Origin: Hydrurus foetidus
Taxonomy: Eukaryota
Direction of reading: 5' to 3'
NCBI GenBank assembly: GCA_900617105.1
Contig: UYFQ01000093.1
Span: 1-64,000 of the forward strand
Length of the DNA: 64,000 nt
Shown: piece by piece, positions 53,501 through 64,000 of the stretch
Position numbering within the stretch: the stretch's first letter is position 1
Layout of the letters: each line of letters begins with the position of its first letter
The notes under the pieces: model-generated
Databases searched by the model: none
Told to the model about the DNA's origin: nothing
The model's input: only the letters and a program-made list of their open reading frames with translations
Translations under genes and position numbers: made by a program

Positions 53501-55425
53501 ACGACCTGATAGCCAGCATGAACGGCATGCGAGCGGGACCGCATGACGACCACACAAATGAATCTGGAATTGTCGATGAGAGAGGAGTACCGGTAGACTA
53601 TGCAGCGGCAAGCGGCGAGTGGGACGACCACACTGATTCGAGGGATGCACTGAGTGGTGCGAATGAGTCACAACCGGCGTATGCGAGTCCTCAACGGTAC
53701 GGACTGAACAAGCATGCAGTGATAGATTTCTTCAGGAACGGAAAAGGGACAGCGCTGCTGACGCGCAACTACGACGGAGACGGTACGGACTGGGGCGACT
53801 ACGTGCTCAATATCTCGGTGAACGAAGCGCTGCGCACAAGGGGTGATGCTGCAGTGAGTGTGATAGAGAAAGAGTTACGACAAATGGTTGACAAAAAGGT
53901 GTGGGAACCGGTCGACGTGAAAGAGCTATCGTCGGACGAGAAGCGGCGTATCATCAGGTCGAGTATGTTCCTTAAGGAGAAGTTCCTCGCGAGTGGTGAG
54001 TTCGAGAAGCTGAAGGCACGCCTCGTCGCGGGAGGCGATCAGCAGGATCGTGACCTGTATGATGACCTATCCGCGCCTACTGTTGCGACGTGTTCAGTGT
54101 TCACTCTGCTAAGCATAGCAGCACACGAGACGAGAAGCATCACTGTGATTGATATCAGCGGTGCTTTCCTGAACGCAGATATGACAACAGGACTACCTGT
54201 ACATATGAGGTTGGACAGAAACATGTCGAACATCATGATCAGACTGTCACCGGGATACTCGCGGTTCACAGACCACAAAGGATGCGTGGTGGTGCGACTA
54301 GATAAAGCGCTGTACGGGTGTGTGGAGTCGGCGGCGCTATGGTACGAGAATCTGAGGGTAAGCCTATCGGAACTAGGGTATGTGCCGAATGCGCACGACA
54401 TATGCGTGTTTAACAAGCATGACGAATACGGGGTGCAGTGCACCATCGCCGTACATGTGGATGACCTACTGGTGACTAGCAAGAATGGTGCGATGATTGA
54501 GTCAGTGGCTAGTGGGCTGAAAAGAAGGTACGGCGATATCACTAGGAAGGATGGACCTGTAGTAAACTACCTAGGCATGGTGTTCGACCTTACCACCACA
54601 GGTGTTGCACGCGTGTCGATGACCGGCTACGTGGAGGACATGCTCAAGGAAAGCGAGGCGAAGGGGGGTGCGAGGACGCCGGCGACAGAGGGACTGTTCG
54701 AAGTGAGAGAGGATGCAGAGATGGCCACCGAGGAGCAGCGTATCAAGTTCCATCGCCTAGTGGCGAAGATGCTGTACCTCGCGAAGCGTGCAAGACCGGA
54801 CTGTCTGACGGCGGTGGCATATTTGGCGACTCGGGTAACTCGGTGCACATCAGACGACCTCGTGAAGCTGGACAGACTGCTCAAGTATGTGAGCGCGACG
54901 AGGGACAGGGGGCTAGTGTTCGCAGCTGGGAGTAAGGGGATCGTAGTGAGTGTACTTATCGATGCAGCGTATGGGGTGCATGCAGACGGGAAGTCGCACA
55001 CCGGGAGCTGTGTGGTAATCGGAGAGCGTGGTGCGGTGCATAGCAAGTCAGCCAAGCAGCAGATCGTGACCAAGTCGAGCACGGAGGCGGAGCTGGTGGC
55101 ACTATCTGACTCCACTAACCAAGCATTACACGTCAGACATTTTATCATAGGGCAAGGACACGCGTGCGGACCGGTCACCGTGTACCAAGATAACATGTCA
55201 TGCATGTCGCTTATCGAAAGAGGACGGTCAGCGGCGGAGCGCACCCGCCACATAGCCATCAAGTACTTCTGGCTTAAGGAGAGAGTGGATCAAGGGGAAG
55301 CGAGAGTGAGACACCTTGGGACCAAGGAAATGTACGCGAATCTTCTGACGAAGCCGCTGCAGGGGACACAATTCAAGTGCGAGAGACAGGGGCTCACGGG
55401 CTGGGACGATGAGGCAGTAGTTTAG
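50561..55425 (+). CDS. Copia B gag-pol polyprotein, with one frame break in the G-run near 51697-51700
   Basis: ATG at 50561 (MPPKRAAE); CYKCETKGHYARDC knuckle; pol frame open to 55425 with all PR/IN/RT/RH motifs. Confidence 0.9.
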
Positions 55426-55491
55426 ACATTATCTTGTGAAGAATTATGCGTGATGCGTGAACAGTGATGATTGTGATGTGGCATAGGGGTG

Positions 55492-55821
55492 TGTTGGAGA
55501 TATCTTAGTTTATGACACGAACACAATCTGTGTACTTATGCATTCGTACGGACGTACGGATTAGTGTGTGTGTGTGTGTGCGTGCATGCGTGACGACGAT
55601 GTGTGGACCCGTGCTTCGGCTCGGTACTTCAAGAAGTAGTGTAGGATGTCTTTTGTTGTTGCGTTGAAAGGGACTCGGGGACTTCAGCAGGGATGAAGCA
55701 CAGTCAATTAACAAGTGATTACTGACAACCCAAAGCTTATTTCACGAGCCTTGACCGAGCGTTCTTCAACCGCTGTACACTCACCCACGTACGTGTCGGC
55801 TGAACCGAAGATCCGTCAACA
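55492..55821 (+). repeat. 3' LTR of copia B
   Basis: Same sequence as the 5' LTR; followed by the TSD. Confidence 0.97.
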
Positions 55822-55955
55822 CTGTGCAGTACTGAAATCAAATCAGTCACCAACTTTAACTTGAATTGAATTGCAAATAGCCGCTTGCGAAGCTCAATCC
55901 TCCTCAGAATACTGAGTATCTCGCCGCAGGAGGAGCATCACCAAGCGCTGTCATC

Positions 55956-58900
55956 ATGGTATTATTTGGTCAAATTATTGTAGGGCCTCCAGGATGTGGC
56001 AAAACAACATACTGTATGGGAATGCAGATGTTCATCGAAGCCGTTGGTAGGAATTGCAAAGTTGTCAATCTAGATTTCGCCAACGACAATCTGCCATACA
56101 CTCCAGCCATCGATGTCCGCGAACTCGTATCGTTGGAGGTTCGTCATAAATTAGGAAGACCATAAAGCAATTAGTCACAGTCACAACAAGTTGAAAGTAC
56201 TGCTACATATGTTAGCAGTATTCTCTGACAGCTGCTGATGAAACATCTTGTGGAGACTGCTGATCAGAATCGTTAATTCAATGATGCGATGCAACTGCTT
56301 ACCCCGAATCTAAAAGAAAATCTGACAAATCATGCAAATTGCAATCCGAAATCTGATGGTAAAGAACGTCGCTGTGCATCATTAATACACAGAGAGTAAT
56401 GGAGGAATTCGAACTGGGTCCTAATGGCGGTCTAGTTTACTGTATGGAGTATCTTCTGGCGAATTTCTCATGGCTGGAGGATCGTCTAAGGGCACTGGGA
56501 GCACAGTATATTTTATTTGACTGCCCAGGACAAGTAAGTGACGTTTAGATACTAGAGTACTGCAGCTTCAAATACTTCTACGTGAAAGTCTATTAATTTT
56601 CTGTGCTAGAGGATGCGCTGAATTCGATACAGCATTTTTTGTTTTGATTGATGGTTTCAATCGAAGACCTTTCTGGCTGCAGGGCTGGCTATGTTCGACG
56701 AACTGAGACATTCACTGACTTACTGATTGACATACTGACGACTAGAAATAATCTGACTCACCCACTAAATGCATGGCTATGTTCCTCTCTGATTGGCGCA
56801 TTGACTGTCTGTCTATCTGTCTATCTATCTGTCTGATGGATAGATAGATAAACACAATGATTAGCTATAGCACGCTGTCTGTTACTGATCACACTACATA
56901 CCTCCCTCACCTCTCTTCCTTTTCAATGTTCCAGGATTATTTATATTTTTATAAGTTAAAACAAGATTTCTAAAGTTAGGTTTCAATCCCAACAGAATTG
57001 CACACTATTTCTATTTCATTCCATGCTATTTCAATTCAATAAAGTTCTTCAATCAATTGATCCATTTCGTTTTATTTTCCATTATTCTATTCCTAGGTAG
57101 AACTGTACACGCACCATACGGTTGTGAAAGATATATTGGATAGATTAAATATTCTCGATTGCCGACTGTGCAGCATACACCTAGTTGACTCATTCTACTG
57201 CTGGTACGTACGTACTTATTGTCCTGACGCACTGTCTTTACTATTTGCTCGTTGATCTGGCTTACGGACATGTTGTTGTGCCGTGCGCTTGCACGTACTG
57301 ATCGACTTAATGATAGCGATAACGCATTTATGGTATGGATGCGATCGATATCAATTGTTCTCAACACTTTCAAAACTCTTGTCCTTCAATGTCCTGGCAG
57401 CAGCACATATTGTCATTTTCTCCTTGATTCCGTTTAACTTTTTAAACACACATTATCAGCACTTGCTATTTTTATCATATTTCCTTTTTCCCGTCAAATT
57501 TCATGTCCCCTCCACAAATGCATTACTGTTCTACTATATCCAGCGAGCCTTCCACTTTCGTCTCTGCCGTTTTGTTGGTGACGTCATCAATGCTTCGACT
57601 CGGACTGCCTCACGTTAACGTTCTTTCGAAAGTACGTATCCGTAACACAATTCTTACGTACCTAACTGATGAAGATAAATGATGGATGAGAAGCAGCGAG
57701 ATGACAGCCTGTAGTATCCACAGTCAGTGGTCCAATGACCGTAACTAACCCGTATTGGACAATAAAATGCACATCAAGGTGTTGTTTTTTGGCATCAGCA
57801 TGCACGCTAGCTACTTTCTAGCTGAAGGACTCGTTCTAATGTTTTCAGTTCTCCATTCTCACTCTTTTTTCCTCTGTTTACTGCTGTTATAATTTACGTA
57901 TTTCCCACCACTTATCTTTACCGTTTTTTAGATCGATTTACTACCATTATATGGTCCATTACCGTTTAAACTTGATTTTTTTACGGAAATGGTGGATTTA
58001 ACAAGATTGGTCAGGTGATTGAATGCACGACTATATTCTCCTAGTACAATGTAACTTCGTAGTTACTTCATCTGTCTTACATTTGATGGAATAGGATGAT
58101 TTTTTTATTTACAAATCTGAAGTCGCTATTTTCGAGTTATTTCGTCTTTTTTTCTGTATGTCGCCTATATCGCAAAGCTGTAATTACTGTTTCTTCATTT
58201 ACAGAATACAGAACACTTGTCTTTTAAAAGTTATAACATACTTTTAGTGAATTAATGTAATTCAACTTAATACTATGATTGATGTATGTACTGTACATGC
58301 ATGTATCGTTTACGTTACAGGTATATGGATGGCGATATAGGTGCTGAATCTTTGATAGGGGAAGATGATATGTACGATAATAATCACGATGTCGGTGACG
58401 ATGATGATAATGAGAATTATTACACCTCAGATAAATACTGTGGTGAAAATGATGATAGTGATAATGATGTGCGTAAGAGTGACAGTGGTAAAGACAAAAA
58501 TATTCATAGCAGCAATACTGACATTTCTAAAAATGGTGATAATGATGACAATAGTGGAAGTGCAGATGTTGGCGACACTGAAATGAAAAATAAAATTGAT
58601 GATACAAGTACCAAAATCGAAAATATAACCCTCAACAAAGATGTGGATCAGAGCATCAAAAACACTGAATTAGCATCTAATATAAAAAAACAAGCAGTAG
58701 TAAAGAGCGCTCAAGAAAGAAGAAAAAAAATGACAGCCGGATTATGCGATGTGCTGAGTGACTATGGGCTCGTTTCTTTTCTTCCCTTGAACATCCAGGA
58801 TGGAGAGGTGATTGATTGATTGAACACGATTTTTGACTTTATCAAATGGACTGTAATCGAGTTAATTGTGTGTGTGTGTGAGGGAGGCAAGTTTGAGTCA

Positions 58901-59545
58901 GACACTGAATTAAAATTCTTCAAATTTGTCTTTATCATTTTCATTTCTCATCCTACCCCCTATTTTTTTGAAACGGTGTCCTATTTATTTTTTCTTAATT
59001 TATCAGACCGTGGGTAGAGTGCTATCAGCTGTCGACAGGGCAAATGGATTCAGGTGCGTACGTGTACACGTACATGCAATATTGACATATTTACGCAACA
59101 GTTGTTTTCTACTACGCCTTGTATCTTTTTATTTTTTCGCTCGTTTCGGTTCTCCCAACCTGATACGCTCCGATCGCGGACCACATTTTGCCAACGAACT
59201 CATAGAGAAATTTCGACAATTGAGTTTTTTGCTGTCGATTATTTCGTATTTTGATGTATAACTGGACAGCTTTAGACCGAGCACGTCATTTTAAAAACGA
59301 CCCAAACATCTTATTTTTCTCATTTCAGTTTTGCATCAGCTGAGGCACAAGAAATTTTGAAAATCAAAAATCCAACAACTGGATCTCGGAACTCAAATCA
59401 CGAATCTAACACTAATTCCGTAAGTCATTTATTTAAGATAGCTTCTCAACAACTCGAAACAACGTATTCAAGAAGTTTGGAAATTTCCGAGAAATACGAA
59501 TCTCTTCCTAAGTATCAGATTTTAACTTCTAAAAAATTTGTTTGA
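55956..59545 (+). CDS. GPN2: GPN-loop GTPase 2
   Basis: Eight phase-consistent exons: 55956-56138, 56393-56533, 57097-57203, 57544-57631, 57932-58014, 58321-58807, 59007-59053, 59329-59545. Motifs [55 protein letters not shown]. Confidence 0.93.
59133..59213 (+). mobile_element. Ty3/gypsy-type integrase core remnant inside the last GPN2 intron
   Basis: Translates [27 protein letters not shown], the RFGxPxxIxSDxGxxF integrase signature. Confidence 0.75.
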
Positions 59546-60714
59546 AGAGTCATATAAGTTTTACAGATAACTTCGGATATGAAATAAATATCGGTATGAC
59601 AAATACTATTGCACTCCACCACATCTTGATTTTACCGAGCGTTGTCAGGAGCTGTTATCTACGGTACTACCTATTATGGATGACTTCGGTTGAAATTATT
59701 TTCATCGGAAATATCAGCATTTTATCAGAGGAATCAAATTGAATTCAGGGGCAGGGGGGTACATCGATATGTTTGTGTTCTCATTAAGGACGTACCAACT
59801 TACAGTAAGTATCATTCGGTCGTTTTGATGTTAGATCAACCTGAAACTCCTCGAAGATAACTCTGCGATTGTATAGGCGCGCTTTCCTATACGCTCAAAA
59901 GTCTCTAGTGGGAGGAGTTTGCGAAACTAGTTTGGACTTACAATTACTTGATAAAGAAATATGAGAGTTGCAGTGGAATACTCTATCTATTTCTTATGGA
60001 ATGAAGATGTGCGTTGCACTCATCGTCTAAATCGCACCTGATCGTTTGGATATCCTTCATCCACGTCACGATACATTCAACTGTCCTACGATAGCCACAA
60101 TTTGTGGATAGTTGAGATCATCACTTCAACAGGATTCCGTATCCTCCATCCGGTACACTTGTACGTGGGGATACCGTGAATTCGGCGGCGGAGTATTATC
60201 TAACATAATCGCGTAGCCTCCTCCGGGAAAGTCATCCAGCATCGGAACCCAGCCTCGCGAACCAACATTTTTTTCAAAATCATCTTTCTTCCTTTGTTTG
60301 CCGATTCGATTCGGGATTCGAATCTCTACCAGCTCATAATTAATTGGGTCACAGAAAAAGAAGCACATAACATCATGAAGTCATCTGAGAACTGTGACGC
60401 CGTGATGTTATCGGGAGTTCTGTGGTCGTCTGGGGGACCTTGGTCCCAGTTCCGACCTAGACTACCCAGATTTCGTAGACCTCTGGGTAGGACTCTGGGT
60501 AGGCTTCTAGGTTAGCCACATACACTTATCCTACACCTTCTCCACTCAGTTTCGTAGTAAGCTAACCAGCATTCTCCCTCGCACCATCTTTAGCCCAGAT
60601 TCCTTCTAGGCCACAGTGACGTCACTCAACCGTTTCAATTCCCTCTTTTCGTCTTCTATAACCCTACCCCCTTTGTCATTTTCATCTCCTTGAGATAACT
60701 GCTCGAATCCCGAC

Positions 60715-62103
60715 GTGGAGGACTTCCAGAAAGTTCCTCTCCTCAGAGATCGTCTTTATCTTGAAGAGCTTCGTCTTATCAACGAAGAACTACAGTTACG
60801 GAGAGATAAAACTCCCGTAGAAGGAGAGGCAGCAGTCGTTTCGACTGGCCAAAATCTCCCAACTTTCGTTGAAACTTCGATTCCTCAACCGAGAAGTCGT
60901 TCCAGAGTCGTAAGACCTGTGCTCCTTCGGGAAGACACGAGTTCATCGCGATTTGCCACCTCTAATCTCCATCCTACTCCTTCCACACGCCAAACACAAC
61001 CCCGATTCAATTCGGCGACTTCAGCTTTTAAGCCTAGGAGACCGACTTCCAAGTCGAGAACACCCTTTCCAGGGCCTCATGCGACTTTAGTCAGCAGTGA
61101 AACAGGGTTTGCAACTCAAACCTTGCGAAATTTGTTGCTGGACAACGATTTCCTGACAGAATTCCCAGTTTCAGTTTGAGAAACTGCGCCGAGAAAAAAC
61201 TCGCACTTTCGTTCGGAGTTAAACTCCAACTTCAGCCTAGGCTCCGCGGGGATTATAAATACATCCGGGGATTATATCCTGTTGAAGCACCTCCCGCTTC
61301 TAACGAGGTGCCGAAAAAGCTCCGAAAATAAATCCTACATTACGAGTAGGAAATCTCGATAGAATTGCTCCTTTGACAAGGAGAAAGTCGAAGATAGCCC
61401 TCCTCCGTGCTGCAGCGACTCCACTCTCAGCAGTGAGAACACCCTTGACCGGGCCAAAAGTCTTGAAACCCATTTTGAAATTGGTGACAAAATCACCCTC
61501 CATCATGGAAGACATAGTTGACCAGTTTGGCTCCAGTCCTGGTGACTTTGGCGAAGAGTTAGGTGAGATAGTTGATTCTAACTATGCCGAACTCTCTGAC
61601 AACGAACTCGTTGACGAATTTCTCTCCGAGCCCGGTGCTTTACAGCAATCATCGGAGACAAATCCATCGCAAATAGCACTTTTAAGTGCTATAACTGATG
61701 TGACAATCCAAGTTTTACCTGTGCCTACTATTACTAGAGCACAACAACTCGAGAACCTTTTTTATACACGCATGTCTGGTGGTATTAACTTGTATAGTGC
61801 ACTTGTTGTACTCGATTCATTCTAAATTTCGGGTGAATTAGCCTTGAAATTTCAAACTCAAGCGAATGCTTTTGCAAATAACTTTACTTTAAGTCAAGTA
61901 ATAGTTTATCCTGCAACTGAGATCATTCAATTTGCTTTTGCAAGTGATCCCAAATTTACTATTCTTACGAAAGATAAATTTGCGATGTGGCTTGAACACG
62001 TTACAGTCGCTCAGGCTGCCCAAATTGTCACAAAGTTCTTTGGTGCTAAATCCGACATTGGTAGAACACTAGTAGAGAGTTTTTCTCAAATTCCTATTAG
62101 ATT
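60715..62103 (+). pseudogene. Degenerate intronless ORF, probably the gag-like region of a retroelement, cut by a nested insertion
   Basis: Three consecutive ORF pieces; 61373-61825 and 61844 onward share a frame across one TAA. No introns or microsatellites. The sequence is cut at 62104 by an LTR-like segment. No diagnostic motif recognised. Confidence 0.45.
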
Positions 62104-64000
62104 TGTGACCCGCACAGCTGTACAGCTGTACGGGTACAGGCGTACGTTCGGTTCGGATCGGGGACGATCCGAGCCATCCGATTCATGACTTGCCTATCGC
62201 TGTGTTTATCTGTAAGCTAACCACATCTCTTTAGCAATAGCACCAGCACACCAGCTGCCTTCCCCTTGCCCACGCGCCCCGTTCCATCAGACCCACCGCT
62301 GAGCCCAGAGTTAGGCCATAATACTAGTATTTGGACCAACTTGGTGCTCTTTTTAGAGACCAGTTCCAAAACGCTTCCCAAAAACATCGCCACGACCCGT
62401 AAAACGGCGTGCAAACAAGCTAGTAACTTGGCAACAAGTGAAAACAACGTCGAAAGACACTACAAAGGCTACGTCTAACCGACAGCCTCTGAAACGCTTT
62501 AGTTAAAAAGCTCGAGTCGTCGATATTTTCGCGACAAAATCGTGACGGCTTCAAAACTCGAAGCCTAACGAAGCAAGTAGCTCTGAGTCGAGCAAAAGCA
62601 AGTCCCATCGTTAGAGAAACGAAAGCTGGCCAAAACGCCCGCAGTTTAGCTCCTTGAGAGGTTCAAAACGCCAGGCAACTTTTCGAGCGATTTCCGACGA
62701 AATCGCGCGAAAGTAAACCACCAACAGCTCCGTCAGTTAAAGGATCCTACGATCCCACGACATCATAGCTGCGGGATCACATCCTCAGCTCCATAGAGAG
62801 CCGCGTCCGAGTTCCGTCGCTGTCCAAGACCCCAAGATCAAGACGTTTCCAACTCAAGACAAAAGTCCCATGACAAGGGCCCAAATAAAGAAGAAAGCGG
62901 CTGCTAACGCAGCCGCCTCTGCTTCTTCAGCTCCAAGCGCTTCGCGCAGTGCTCCTCTCACTGAGAAGGAGAAGCACAAAGCGGAGCAGGCCCTTGTAAA
63001 GCAAAACATCGAGAAATCGATACAGGCTCTGGCCAAAGAAGCAATACATGTTTCGGCTACCCCAACTCGTCTTGAGGACGAACAAATTTTCTTCCAAAGC
63101 GTCTTAGCAGCAACAAAAGAAATGCAAGCAGCTCACAAGCTAGAGCAAGCACAAATAGCTGCTGCACAAGCTGCTGCCGACGCTTTAGAACCCTCAAACG
63201 ACGAGCTCCTCGGGTTGGCACCCGAGGAAGCCGAGGGCGAGACAGACTCCCCCTCGATACCCGCGGGTACCTAAAAAGAGGGGGAGAAACCTCGATACTC
63301 CCTCCGCGACTGCAACAGATCGGTGCAGAGGACGATCTGTTCGAACCATCAGTCGACGCCAAAGTCACAACAAAAAAGGCATCCGACACCGGCAAGGCCG
63401 AGGCCGACGCCGAGTCAGATCCGGAGGCTGACGCCGACGGTGACGACAATGCCAACAACAACGACGACGACAAACCCCCGACGAGTCCGACGACGACAAC
63501 GACAGTAACGTCGACGACGTTAACGACACGGGAGGCGATGGTGGCAACCCCGACAGCTCCTCCGACGAGTCCGACGCAAGTAGTGGCGACGGGGACGACG
63601 GAGAGGGTGACGGGGACGACGACGGGAACGACAACAGCGACGACGATGAGGCGAAAGCTGAAGTCGAAGTCGAAGACGACGAGGAGGTCGAACCCGAAAA
63701 GTCTAAGCCCAAGGACAAGAAGTCCCTTAAGATAAAACCCCTCGCCAAGAAAAAGTCCCCAAAGGCGGGTCCCAAACCCGCCCCAAAGGACAAAAAGGTG
63801 AAAACCAAAGCCGATGCCAAATCCGGTAAAACACACCGCGCGCAAAAGGCGGAAAACTCGGAAGAGGATTCCCCTCCACAACGCAAAGCGGGTTTGCAAA
63901 CCTCCATCATCAACATGAAGGAGGCGTACTACCTCACTCGAGAAAAACTTCTCGACGACGCTGATAAAGCAGCAAGAGCGTTTTACGAACAAGCATACCG
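62104..64000. mobile_element. Nested LTR retrotransposon, partial: candidate LTR 62104-62781 plus internal region
   Basis: Segment starts tgtgacccgca and ends tgcgggatcaca (imperfect terminal inverted repeat, TG...CA). A GC-richer ORF begins 89 bp later. The second LTR is not in the window and orientation is unresolved. Confidence 0.65.
62870..64000 (+). CDS. Element-encoded Ala-rich/acidic/Lys-rich protein (gag-like or accessory ORF), frameshifted, runs off the right edge
   Basis: MTRAQIKKKAAANAAAS... can be joined through two frame changes near C-runs (~63250, ~63477) to a D/E-rich tract, a K/P-rich tract and INMKEAYYLTREKLLDDADKAARAFYEQAY. Confidence 0.55.

Larger units (their letters stand above)
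50207..55821 (+). mobile_element. Ty1/copia LTR retrotransposon B (full length, identical LTRs, 5-bp TSD ctgtg)
   Basis: LTRs at 50207-50536 and 55492-55821 (330 bp, TG...CA). TSD ctgtg at 50202-50206 and 55822-55826. PPT-like ggcataggggtg at 55480-55491. Order Gag-PR-IN-RT-RH. Confidence 0.98.

Noticed and set aside
60126..60368. 80-aa minus-strand ORF with protein-like composition
   Set aside because: No recognisable motif and stops in all continuation frames; could be a gene or element fragment but is unsupported.
60431..60457. tgggggacc / tggtcccag as a tRNA PBS
   Set aside because: Not preceded by a CA LTR end and not matching a tRNA 3' end I can identify.
63057..63992. 311-aa hydrophobic minus-strand ORF
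   Set aside because: Antisense shadow of the acidic and Lys-rich plus-strand coding region.
1..64000. tRNA, rRNA, snoRNA genes or CRISPR arrays
   Set aside because: None recognised by eye; small structured RNAs cannot be excluded without a covariance-model search.

Overview
Eukaryotic genomic DNA, intron-rich and microsatellite-rich, most likely from a flagellated ochrophyte stramenopile (inferred from a CFAP65 gene, a protein with an ASAF-type bipartite plastid leader, and a stramenopile-type RGKWT/CDPMRI protein). Host genes, in order: CFAP65 (- strand, running off the left edge), an intronless 373-aa orphan (+), an LRR/CCHCR1-like coiled-coil/EF-hand gene (+), an RGKWT-domain Asn-rich gene (-), a CCR4/nocturnin/Angel-like EEP hydrolase (-) and GPN2 (+). 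Two related, very young Ty1/copia LTR retrotransposons (A: 16692-22241, - strand; B: 50207-55821, + strand) each sit in a divergent promoter region. Neither has a tRNA primer-binding site. Instead, the 10-11 nt directly after the 5' LTR are the exact complement of a motif inside the LTR. This is the geometry of Tf1-style self-primed reverse transcription and is the most interesting signal in the window. Element A shares its 5' LTR with a truncated tandem copy and is bracketed by a ~0.9-kb duplication of host DNA. The right end holds a degenerate retroelement-like ORF interrupted by a nested 678-bp LTR-like segment. Several single-base indels in homopolymers suggest consensus errors in the assembly. 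All protein assignments come from recognising motifs by eye; no searches were run.
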